From Amphiscolops sp. MND2022 (lineage: Eukaryota), in the NCBI GenBank assembly GCA_964187785.1, contig OZ076409.1, positions 90,832,001 through 90,896,000 of the forward strand: a stretch of 64,000 nt of DNA, read 5' to 3'. Both the position numbers and the translations under genes were made by a program. The notes under the pieces were generated by a model, which searched no databases, was not told the DNA's origin, and saw nothing but the letters and a program-made list of their open reading frames with translations. Below, one piece after another: positions 35,101 to 47,100 of the stretch; position 1 is the first letter of the stretch; the number at the start of each line of letters is the position of its first letter.

Positions 35101-38100
35101 ATCGTTTGTCGGACTTGTATAGTTCAGGAGATATTGCGGTTTAAAGTTGAAGCACCTGATTTTTGGATGCAACAAGATTTTTCCTGGCCAACTTAAGGTT
35201 AATTAATGCAAACCAACTTCAGTCACTAGATTTCAAAGTAGCGTCATATTCAGCGTGCAATTTGGAAACCGGTTATTACATATTTTCTAAAATAGGCCCC
35301 GAGGCACAGTATTTATTTCTGCTTTTAGGCTTTCATCTTCAATAATAGAAGCATATCTTAATTCTTTATATAGCGCCTAATTGATCACTACCAGTTTACA
35401 TCGCCTTTAATTCTTCTCGGACTAAAGAAAATGTAACTACTAATAACACTCGTTCGCTTTATCTCAATACCTCGGCGTACGAAAGCATAACTACGAACAT
35501 CCGCTTGCTTCATCACAATAAATCTGTTTTGTATGCAGAAATATTTGACATCAACTGTCAAAAATAGTCAAAAAATGGTTATCATAACTTTTTGAGTAGA
35601 GACTGCAAAACTCAAAGCATCAATATTCTCTTCGAGACTTATTGATGTTTCATTAATCCAGGGATCTTCGATTTCGTGCCTTTTTGTCTTTCAAAAACAA
35701 GCCCTTACTAAAATGGAATCGACACTTACTTTCGCGGGTTTTTAGCCGTCTAGTGTATAACTCAATTTCTCACTTTGAAAAAGTTTCCAGAAGTATCTAC
35801 ATTCTGTTATTGAACACTGTTACTATTCCAAAGACCTCAGGTTATTGACGTCTAACTTCATTTTCTATTTTGTTCACTACACAACTTTAGAAGGTTCTCA
35901 GTTCAAGCTTTTCTCCCATGAATCATTTTTCTTTCAAATACAGCATGGATTCTTCTTACTAATGCCGTAGACTATTATATCACAAAAGTGCAGGCTAGCA
36001 ACAGCGTTGGTGAGCTTAATTTCAGTTCCCACAATGCCGCCATCTGGGCAATCCACGTGATGCCAATCGTCGTCTGTTTGCTCATCAATACTCCCACACA
36101 AATGGCAGATTTGTTGGTAACACACATGCACAGCGACACCAACAATCGTAGCTAAAACAAACATGGAAAAGCCAAAATACTCACCAGAGTTTGCTAAGGG
36201 GAGATGGTATCTGAAACGACACCGACTTAGAAAAACAGAACTGCTTATACGGCGTCCACCTCGCGGAAATGGGTAATTAAACATTCTTCTTCTTCTTCTG
36301 ATTGTGTTTTGTTCTAGCTTACACCAAATGGGTCCTTGCTGATGGCTTTGAAGCGTAACAAATGGTAAATTGCATTAATTTGCTTTGAACAAGTATCGAG
36401 CAAAAAGTATAGCAAGGTTGAAAAAATTCAGCAGTCAAAGTGAATCAGTACCTTTAGCGATTCCAGCATGTTCAAAAGTTCTTAAACATGCTGTACAATC
36501 GCATCGTTTCTAATTAAGTGCAAAGAGCTGAAGGGAGAGAGTGTTCACATTACTAGGTGAACCAAAAAAAACGGAACGTACAAAAATTTTCGATCTCTCA
36601 AAGTTTCAAATAATTATCAACAAGTTTCACAACATCTTTGAACGCTGCTGTCAATCATTCAAGTTGGCAACTTTTTGTAACGTCCGGCAGTCAGCGAAAA
36701 GAACGAACTTTGAAAATTTCGTTCAAGATGTCAAAGTGTGCGATATCAAGATGGCCGACCTGACAGGTACTGGAAATTGAAAAAGAGGACAAAAGAGTGC
36801 AAAAAAGGACCCACCCCCCACCCAGGAACAAGAATGTCCGAGATGTCATCACCCAGAAGGCGAGAGAATCAGGAATTCTGCCATCTGACAGCAAAAAGAC
36901 AAGGTTTTCGCAGAAAAGTTCCAAATGAGACCATTGTGCCCCGAAGATGAGGAATGATACCAGAAGCAGGAAGCCGATGATCGCCACCGAAATGTAACTG
37001 TATACTTTATTGGGGCCTATCCCCACCTGTTTTGACTGTTTATAGCGTATTTGGATAATGTTTGACCTACCAGGTCCTCATTTTAGTCCTCATTCACTCA
37101 ATATAATGTATTTCAGTTAGACACCGTTTTTGACCTCGGAAGCATGTAGGAACTCGTAGGAACGCGCTAGAAACCTTAGGGAACGTTTTTACAGGCTTGT
37201 GGGGCGTGTCCGGACTTTGAGAGTGCCGGCGCGTCGCTTCGGAGCTCGAACTAGAGAAGCCTCCTTAGACGTCAGAAAAGTCCCCCTAGGATACCATTTT
37301 GGGACCAAAAACTAATGTCTAGGTATGTAGTAAGACAACGGTCTCCTGTTCAAGCATCCTAGGCATTGTCCCTCTTCCTAGATGTGCGTCGCTAGCCGGT
37401 CGTTACATCTGGAATAGTTTTTATGGCGACCACAGAGGGATATTTTTCATTTTGCGTACAAGTAGGAGCAACTTCTGCTTTCCGGCCCCGGAGGGTCCAG
37501 ATCTAGGAAAACATTTTGGAGAGTCCTAGATTATTTTTATTGCCTTAGTCAAGCCTTTTAGGCTTTCTTCTAGCTGAATTCCTGCGTTTCCTGCATGTTT
37601 CCGAGGTCTGAGATGAGAAATAACTGTTTAATTACAAAGTACCGTTTTGACACCGTTTCTATGTACCGAGATTAACCATCCGGCTTAACCGGATTCTGTT
37701 TTGATGGGTTTTGTAGTCTCAATTCAGCTTAGTTGTAATGTATTGGGACTGCAGGGACGTGGTGTGAGCGCCTTCACTAGCTGTGACGACGGAGTGACGT
37801 CCTTCACGGCAACACCCTCTTGACCCACTGGTGGATCACTACGAATCGGCCGGGTTACAATCTCCTCTTTAAGTTTTTGTGGCTTTAAAGGCCTATTCCC
37901 AGGCGTACTCCCATTAGTAAGAACTGAGAAAAATACCCACTGGGTATCCCGATTGTTTTCTGAAAAAATATAGTGAGCTAGCCATAACACCCTATATAGC
38001 TCAAATATCGATTTGGTCACTTTTAAAGGTCGAAAATTTTCAGAAGATAGTACGGCCAATGGGAATACAATAAAAACGTTCCATTAGACATTTCAGGCCA

Positions 38101-41100
38101 GGAACAGAAAACATTGTTTAGCTAAATTGTCAAAAACACCAAAAGCTTTAGCTATTTTTGTTTGAAAACGTCAACTTTGGACTTTGAGACGAAAATGGTG
38201 CGGGCGAAGCCCTGTTCGTTTTTCTCAGAGCATTGCGAGCCACCTAAAATTCCTTTTCCCGAGCCAGATATCAGTAAACGTTATCGTCAAGCAGTTTTTT
38301 GAGACCCTCCAACGAAATATTGAACAAGTTACCAGCCAATTTTCATTTTCATACAATAGCCATTTATCGGTCATCATTAGTTACAAAAGCCAAAATGTTT
38401 CAGAAGAGGGTACGGCCAGTGGCAATACAATAAAAACGTTCCACTAGACCTATAAGGCTAGGAACAAAACTTTTTAACCCGCTAATTAATTTACTTGAAA
38501 ACAAAAAAAAATTAGCATTTTTTGTTTGTGAAGACCCAAAATTGGCCTAACAGACCAAATGTGGTGAGGGCGAAGCCTTGAGCGTTTGTTCCAATGCTTT
38601 CAGAGCTGCCCAAAAACATTGTTCCCGAGCTTGGTGGTACAAAACACTACTGCCAAGACGTTTTTTACCCTTCCCCAATATAAATTGATAGTTTAACCCT
38701 TGACGTTCTATTGTTATACATAGACCTTAGTAGAGGACCCCATAGACCTGAGAGTTATAACATCAAAACTAATAATTGAAACAATCCCAGTCCCGTGAAT
38801 AAAGTTATTACACCTTATTACGTTACGTTTAGAACAATCCCGAACATCTGGGAACCGAAAAAAAAGTTGCTAGGGAAAATACGTATTTTTCACATTGTTC
38901 CCAGATTGTAAATGGTGTAACCTGAGAATTTTTTGAGAGACCTTATTTGGAATCTGCCAGGTTCCGCTTGCCTATTTTCTGTTAATATAGAATGTAACGT
39001 TACAAACGCAGAAAACCGCGAGTGATTTCAACCAGTGGTTGTTGAGAAATAGCCGAAAACGCGTTATTTTTGCGACATTTTGGGACACCTGTAACAGTGC
39101 TTCCAGCACAGGTCGAAATCTCTCCTAAAAAGAAAAGCCAAAAACAGATAGCACCATCGTGTAGAGCGCAAAAAGTTATGCTAGTAGCGTGATTTTGATG
39201 GCGGTACCATTAATACTCGTGGAAAAATCTTAGCCGCAGTTTTGCTCAACAATCGTGTGAAAATGTCGAAAAAATGGAATTTTAGTTGAGCATAGTGCAA
39301 TACCTCGCAGGTATCCCAGCACTAAAATTATTGCTTTTTCGTACGCACGGCAGTAGATCCAGACGATTTGTGCAATTTGAGCAGCTGGCTACTAGCCAAA
39401 CCTGAGAAATTGACATTTTTGTGAATTTTGACCCGAAAAAGTGGTACCTCTGGTACATCAAGGTTTTGTCACCTCGGATCGCCGGATGTTGATCCAGGCA
39501 CCTCGCCGCCGTGTTTTTCTGTTACGTGGGCAAAAGTTACGCTCGCATGCAAACTTTCAGGTGACTGGGACGCCTAGAAGGCGAGTTTGACCACTTTTTG
39601 TGAACTTCACGACATAGTCAAGTTTTCAGTGAACATTGTTAAGTGGCCGTGACACCCACAGGGTCAATTTTGTCGCATTCGGAGGTTTATTCTCCACGAT
39701 TCAGCCAGTGTATTAGACGGTGTGAAATTTTCAGGTCGCTAGCAGCGCTAGAAGTGATTTTCACTTTCCCCGGAGGTGCATGTTGACGAGAAAATTGTTG
39801 ATTTTGGGCATTTTTGCAAAAAATCACATAGTTTTTGTCAGTATACGTGCCAGTGAGGGGGGCCAAGGCGACCCCATTAGCATACAAGGCCCCCTCAGGA
39901 CGCCTTGTTGAAATACTTTGATTAGTGCTGAGCTGACCCTAAGATCTCCGGTCTCTGAGAAAACCGGTCTACGAGACATAGAGATGAAAAACCGAAAAAG
40001 GGAAATTCGCCTCCTGACTGCTATCAAAGTCACCCAAGTGCAATCTATCCATTGCGAACATGCATGCGCGACGTTTTTTGTACCCCGTGGGTGCTGGAGC
40101 ACGTTTATAGGCACTTTTAGAGGTTTAGACTTTGAACGCAATGCGTCTCAAAACAGAACAACTAGTACACTAGTGACTACCATAGTTCAAAAAGAACGCT
40201 TTTTCTGATCGTACTACGATCGTAAGGCAAGAAACCACTTCAAACTCAGTGTCTTTCTTCCTACTCGCCCCAGGGTCTATCCGTAGTCTCTAATCACATT
40301 TTTGTTATTACTTGTGTTCTCCAGAAACAGGGCAGCATGAATGACAAACGGACTCTTCAGACAATCTAACATCTGTAGCCAAGCAGGCTTCTCAAAAAAT
40401 CAATGTTCGTTGCTCAATTCATGCCTAAGGCGTACCTTGGTACTCGATGCCACAGTTGCGTGAACCATGTCGATGTGAAAACACCGGACCAGAGATTGGC
40501 CCGGGGAGTACCCGTACTCTCAAGAGAGAATTTAACACCAAGCATGATGAAACACCTAGAGCTTCGAAGCTCTGAGAACTGCTTGGCCTGCGACCGTGCT
40601 TTTAGAACTCGAATGATTGCTCTGGAACTTGTTTTTAATGCCCAAGACTGTTTTCATGATCTATCATGTCTGATTTTTGACTTCTATTGGTTCTGCTCTA
40701 TCAACGCTAGTGACATTGTCATCCTCTTCAAAAGCAGTTTAATTCCATCTCTTGCATATACACTGGTGCTTGTACTACCTAGACAATACTTATATCTGAG
40801 AGTACACAGCTAACACAATAGACTGAATGGGTCCTCATTTTTGGTGATATTTTTGATTTTTTGAGGCCTGTTTCACCATTGGTGCTAGTTATTTTGCAGT
40901 TTCTGTTGGCCATGAACTTTGCGAGACCACAGCTATTACTTTTATTGTTCACTTTTCAAGTGCTATCGTGCATTTTGTAAAACCTAACCTATCAGGTGGG
41001 CCCCTGGCCAGTGCCAAACCTGTTGTGATGAGTGTTTTTTATGCAGATGCAATAAGGTGCTCGAAATTTTGAAATTTTGGTGCGAAATTAAAAGTTTGAA

Positions 41101-44100
41101 ATTATTTTGAATACAAGGCTAAGTGTCTAAAGTTGCTAATATTTTGCAGTGCAAGAACCCGTTGTTGGTGTGGAGTCCAAGGAAGCCTGCTAGGCTGGCA
41201 AAAACTCATGTTTTTGGGCAATAACGTGTTTTTGGGCAACGACTTCCATTTAGATTCCTGAAGTACCATGTTGCAACAGTATCACTGGATCACTGGATGG
41301 TAGCAACCAAGATGTGAACGTCCTCTCTCGTTTGTCGAGGACGACAAACTACGGCCCGGGAAGGATGTAACGTCCGGCAGTCAGCGAAAAGAACGAACTT
41401 TGAAAAATTCGTTCAAGATGTCAAAGTGTGCGATATCGAAAAATGCACAAGATGGCCGACCTGACAGGTACTGGAAATTGAAAAAGAGGACAAAAGAGTG
41501 CAAAAAAGGACCCACCCCCCACCCAGGAACAAAAATGTCCGAGTTGTCATCACCCAGAAGGCGAGAGAATCAGGAATTCTGCCATCTGACAGCAAAATGA
41601 CAAGGTTTTGGCAGAAAAGTGCCAAATGAGACCGTTGTGCCCCGAAGATGAGGAATGATACCAGAAGCAGGAAGCCGATGATCGCCACCGAAATGTAACT
41701 GTATACTTTATTGGGGCCTATCCCCACCTGTTTTGACTGTTTATAGCGTATTTGGATAATGTTTGACCTACCAGGTCCTCATTTTAGTCCTCATTCACTC
41801 AATATAATGTATTTCAGTTAGACACCGTTTTGACCTCGGAAGCATGTAGGAACTCGTAGGAACGCGCTAGAAACCTTAGGGAACGTTTTTACAGGCTTGT
41901 GGGGCGTGTCCGGATTGTGAGAGTGCCGGCGCGTCGCTTCGGAGCTCTAACTAGAGAAGCCTCCTTAGACGTCAGAAAAGTCCCCCTAGGAGACCATTTT
42001 GGGACCAAAAACTAATGTCTAGGTATGTAGTAAGACAACGGTCTCCTGATCAAGCATCCTAGGCATTGTCCCTCTTCCTAGATGTGCGTCGCTAGCCGGT
42101 CGTTACATTTCTTCGAAGCGAAAGAACTTTCACACATTAAAAGTGAGAATGAAATGACTGGTCAAGACGTCTACACTTTTTCTGAAGGTTCGAACCATCC
42201 GTAGTTGAAGATGTCATTACGTAACAGGAGCTTCATTCTAAATGACTGGCATAAAAATTGAACGATTTTCAGTATCTTGTTTACAAATAATACAATTTTG
42301 AAGACGCAAATTTTTGTACTTCCGTTTTTTCGGTTCACCTAGTACGTAATACTTAAGCTAGAATCACTTCACAGTGAAAGATTGAAATGTCAATCAAATT
42401 ATTGACATGGACTGACGAACGTTCATTGTTTTCTCGAATACAGGCAAGGAGCGGGGTTAATCGAACGACTTTGAGTAATTAGCCCAAAAACGAACGACCG
42501 AAATGCTCCATTCGTTGGTAAACAAGAGAAGCGAAACATTTCCGACAATGCCGAAACAATGCACGAAAAAAAAAACGTTTCAAACCTGTCAAAATCAAAA
42601 AGGCTGATAAGATAATAGTCATTTGAGCTACTACAGTTGTTTCAAGGTTACTACGAGTGATTAAAGTCTGACAAGGTCGTGTTCCGAACAGATTGGTCAT
42701 TGTCAATGTGGAGGACAGACGAACTGAATTTAGAAACTAATTAGTCTGCCTCATTTCTATTTATTGTCTATATCGACAATGATGCTATTTATAGTATGTA
42801 CCTGCCTGCCACATAAGTGCCGATGATGTTCTCTCCTACATATTTATACAAAAAGAACAGAGCTAGAGAATAGTTGAATTTTACATAATAAACTCTTTTC
42901 AACCAGTATTCTAACAAGATACAATATGCGGCAGTCAGCGTAACCACAGAGTTACCAACGAACAAGTACTCAACTCCAAACATGGATGACAGTACAGTCA
43001 ACACTCCAATGAATGGAGCCACAAACAGGACGGCAGCGGAATCTCACCCAGGTGACCAACCGTTACCAAACGACACTCTAAACAGAACCAATGAATGGAC
43101 GTGCACACAGAATTTAACCATCCCAACATTGGAAAAACAAGATTACACCAACGCCAACATGTGGTGGAGGAAGTTCGTACAATATATAAAGATGACCAAG
43201 GATTTGGATCTTTCAAAGATGACGAACAACAAAGAAATACTACCAGAAATCCGTGGCCAATTGGAAACGGAGATAAAGGACATATTCCTATGAGCGATTG
43301 GACAAAACGCAATCACGGAAATGACCAAAATGGTTAGAGAGAGAGAACCAAGCTCACCACCGTTATATAAACTATACACACTGTTTCGACTACATTTCAC
43401 ACATGAGAGAAACGTCCAACACAGCAGAGCCGATTTCTTTGACCTAAAACGGGAAGACGGAGAATCTGCGGTGGATGTATGGAAACGAATACTAGAAGTC
43501 GAGAAAAACTGCGAATTTGAAACAATAACCGCAACAGAACTTTTAGCATCAAAATTCCTATCCGTGATTGGGAAGTCAACGGGCGATTATGATCTCAAAA
43601 AGAATATCATAAAAAGTGACATGTCAATCGAGGCAATAACAGAAGCATTACATGAATACAAGTACCAAAAACTAAACGACTCACCACCAGAAACAGAAGA
43701 GAAGAAAATCAGATACCTTAATAAAAGGAAAACAAAGGGTACAAAAGAATTAAATTATAGGAAAAACCGACAAATTTCAAGAACCTAGACTGCAATAGAT
43801 ACGGAGCACCCAACTGGACAAGACAACACGAATATCCAGCTAAAGGAAAGAAATGCGCAAAATGCGATAAAGTTGGACATTACGCAAGATATTGCAGAAC
43901 ATACAAAAGAATAAACCACATACAAGATAACGTGGCAAGCAGCGCGGAAGACGATGACTGGTCACCGAACACATTCCATTCAGTAAACCAAAAGCTCCAT
44001 TCGACACGCCAAATCAAGAAGAACGGTCCGGAATTCTTCGCCATCACCGCATTGGTGAACAACCGACCAATCAAATTCATAATCGATAGCGGTTCACCGG

Positions 44101-47100
44101 TAACTTTAATTCCAAAATCACAGTTCAACAGAATAACACCATTACGGCCAATCGGAACCGAATACAGAGACGTGAATGACAACCGGATAAAATTTGAAGG
44201 AAAAACAACCGCCTCAGTAGAAATAAATGGCGATAGAAACAACCTTGAAATACTGATAACCACAAAGAAGACCAATCCCCTATTAGGTTTGGACTGGATG
44301 GAAAAACTGGGAATAACACTGGATACCGGTAAGATCGGTCCACAAATAAACAATATAACCGAGGATCCGGATATAATCACCCTAAAAAGAAGATTCCAAA
44401 AATTTTCATCGAAAACCACACCGTAAACGGAATCGAAGTGAAAATATAGTTGAAAGACGATGCCGAGCTGATACGACAAAAGGGAAGGCCAATACCGATC
44501 CATTTACAACAATCGGTCGGAAAAGAAATAAATAAGCTGATGAGACAAGGGCACATCGAAAAAGCAAAGTACATTGACGAAAATTGTTTCGTTAGCCCGG
44601 CTGTAATCACAGTAAAAATGAATAAGTCGGTAAAGATCGCATTAGACTCGCGAAACTTCAACGAAATTACCATAAAAAGAAAGACCCAAATACCGAACAT
44701 GGAGGAAATAATCTCCAGAATTTCCAGAAAAATCGCGGACGGCCCTGCAGACGAAATCTGGACCTCAAAACTCGACTTGGATTACGCCTACGGCCAGTTA
44801 ATCCTATCCAAAAAAGCACGAAATCTATGTATCTTGGCCGTAACCGGAGGCGACTTCACCGGTTACTACCGTTTCTTGAAAAGATTTTACGTTTCAGCGG
44901 ATATACCAACCATATTCAAGGAAAAGATCGACCAGACACTGGAAAATAAACATCCAACATGGTTAGATGACATTATCATTGTCACAAAAGGGTCGAAGGA
45001 ACAACACAAAAAAGAATCGATCGAAGTACTAACCCGACTAACAAACGCCGGTTACAGACTCAGCGAAAACAAATCCGAAGTCTTCAAATCAGAAATCGAA
45101 TGGATTGGCCACAAAATAGACCAAAACGGAATCAGACTGTTGCAAGACAATCTAGTGGCGATAAAAAACTTGAAACAACCAAACAACGAAAAGGAACTGA
45201 AATCGTTCTTGGGGGCACTTCAAAATTTGTCTAAATACATAGACAATCTCTCCGCCCAAACGGACAGTTTAAGACAACTCCTAAAGAAAGACAAGGAATG
45301 AATATGGACGGAAGAACACACACAGGCTTTCGAAAAACTCAAACAGAAAATCACGGAAATACCGTGTTCGGCTCATTACAATTCAGACTACCCAAACATA
45401 ATAACAACCAATGCCAGCACAAAAGGCCTCGGAGCAACACTTTGGCAAGAACAACCAGATGGAAAATTAAAACAGATCGGTTTTGCCAGTCGATTTCTCT
45501 CGGATACCGAGAAGAAATATACAATTAATGAACTTGAATTACTGGCTGTAGTTTGGGGATTAGAACATTTCCGATTATACATTTACGGTGAGTCGATCAA
45601 TTTACTCACGGATCACAAAGCATTAGAACCGCCAATACAAAGAAACCAATCCAATAGGACGTATAGCGTGCGGCTAAAAAGATGGTTGGACCGGTTGGCA
45701 CACTTTACGACCAAGGTAAACCATATCGCGGGTAAACACTTAGCACTCACGGATTACTTGAGCAGAAATCCGTCAACGCCGCCGCAAACGGACGGAGCGT
45801 ACGACGAAGAATACGTCATCAACAACATCATGCCGCATTACAAGTTCATCTCCAAACACGGTTGCCTTAGCATCCACGTTAACCAAAGTAAATAACAAAT
45901 CACGGCCGCAAGACTCACATAAGCAAACTGCAATTGATTGCCTTAACAACTCAACGTTAACACGCCTTACACCAATCGACATTGAAACCAAAATGGACGT
46001 CAAAACTATTGACAATTTAGAAGCAGTAGACTTTTCCGCCGAAAAGACTCAACTAATCCAGCGATAGAAAGAAATCGTAAAACCCGGCATCTACTGAATG
46101 ACCGGAGAGAAATGGAAAAAATACCACGAACCGAAATTTCTACGTAACGAGCGAAAAGTAATCGAAGAAAGATTACAACAAATCATAAAGGGGCGAGAAC
46201 AAGGCGATCTGAGACAGCGACTTGGTCCACAACACAGCGGAGGATTCCGATCCCAGACCAGAAGATCCGAACAATGGACCGTCTTTCCATTCTGGGAGGT
46301 GGACAGACCAACACCGGTCCAACACGAAAATCAACCCCGTCCATCGTCAGCCTCACCGGGCCAAGAACTATTCGCCCCTATGCCAATGGAGGAAGGCGAA
46401 GTCGAGTCAGAGACGGACCAAGACCCGTCAATCCTCGAAGTTCCCGCAATAAACTGTGCACGCTATGTAGGTTTGAAAAGCGTGCAATACGTCAAAATGG
46501 GACACGCCCCGAAAATTACAGCACAAGAGGAAAACAATTGGGACCCAGCACAAGCCGTAAGAGAAACAGAAAGAAATTTCTCAACGGATTTGCAGCTGCT
46601 AATGAACGAAACTACAAATGATCCGATACTGTTTAAAACACTAGTCTGCCTAGAACGCAAACAGCAAGACCAAATCCCGACGAATACTTACCTCACAAAA
46701 AGAGACTGTCTAGCCGATTCGACCTGGTCTTTATGGAAGACAAAGTTATCGTTCGCAAGAACCTCCGGACAACGATAATCAGCTTACTCCATAAAGGCCA
46801 CCCGCCATCAACAAAATGACAGCGGCTGCAAGACTTTTCTGGTGGCCGAAGATGACGGAAGCTATTCAAAAGAAATGCGAGTCGTGCATCCCCTGCAAAA
46901 TGTCCGGTAAGAACATCAAACCTAACATACCGAGTAGGGAAAAGAACAAATTTCCCCGATTAGATAATCCAAACAAAGAAATCCAATTGGATTTCATCGG
47001 ACCAATCACGGTAGACAACCGTCGATTTCACATTTTACTGTCCATGGAACGGTTCAGTAAGTGGACGGTGGCAAGCTTTTGCACATCTAACGACGGCGAA

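Noticed and set aside
36691..37026. Hydrophobic minus-strand ORF present twice (also at 41413-41727)
   Set aside because: It is duplicated only because it lies in the LTRs, has no ATG start, and the two copies differ in frame at the C-terminus.
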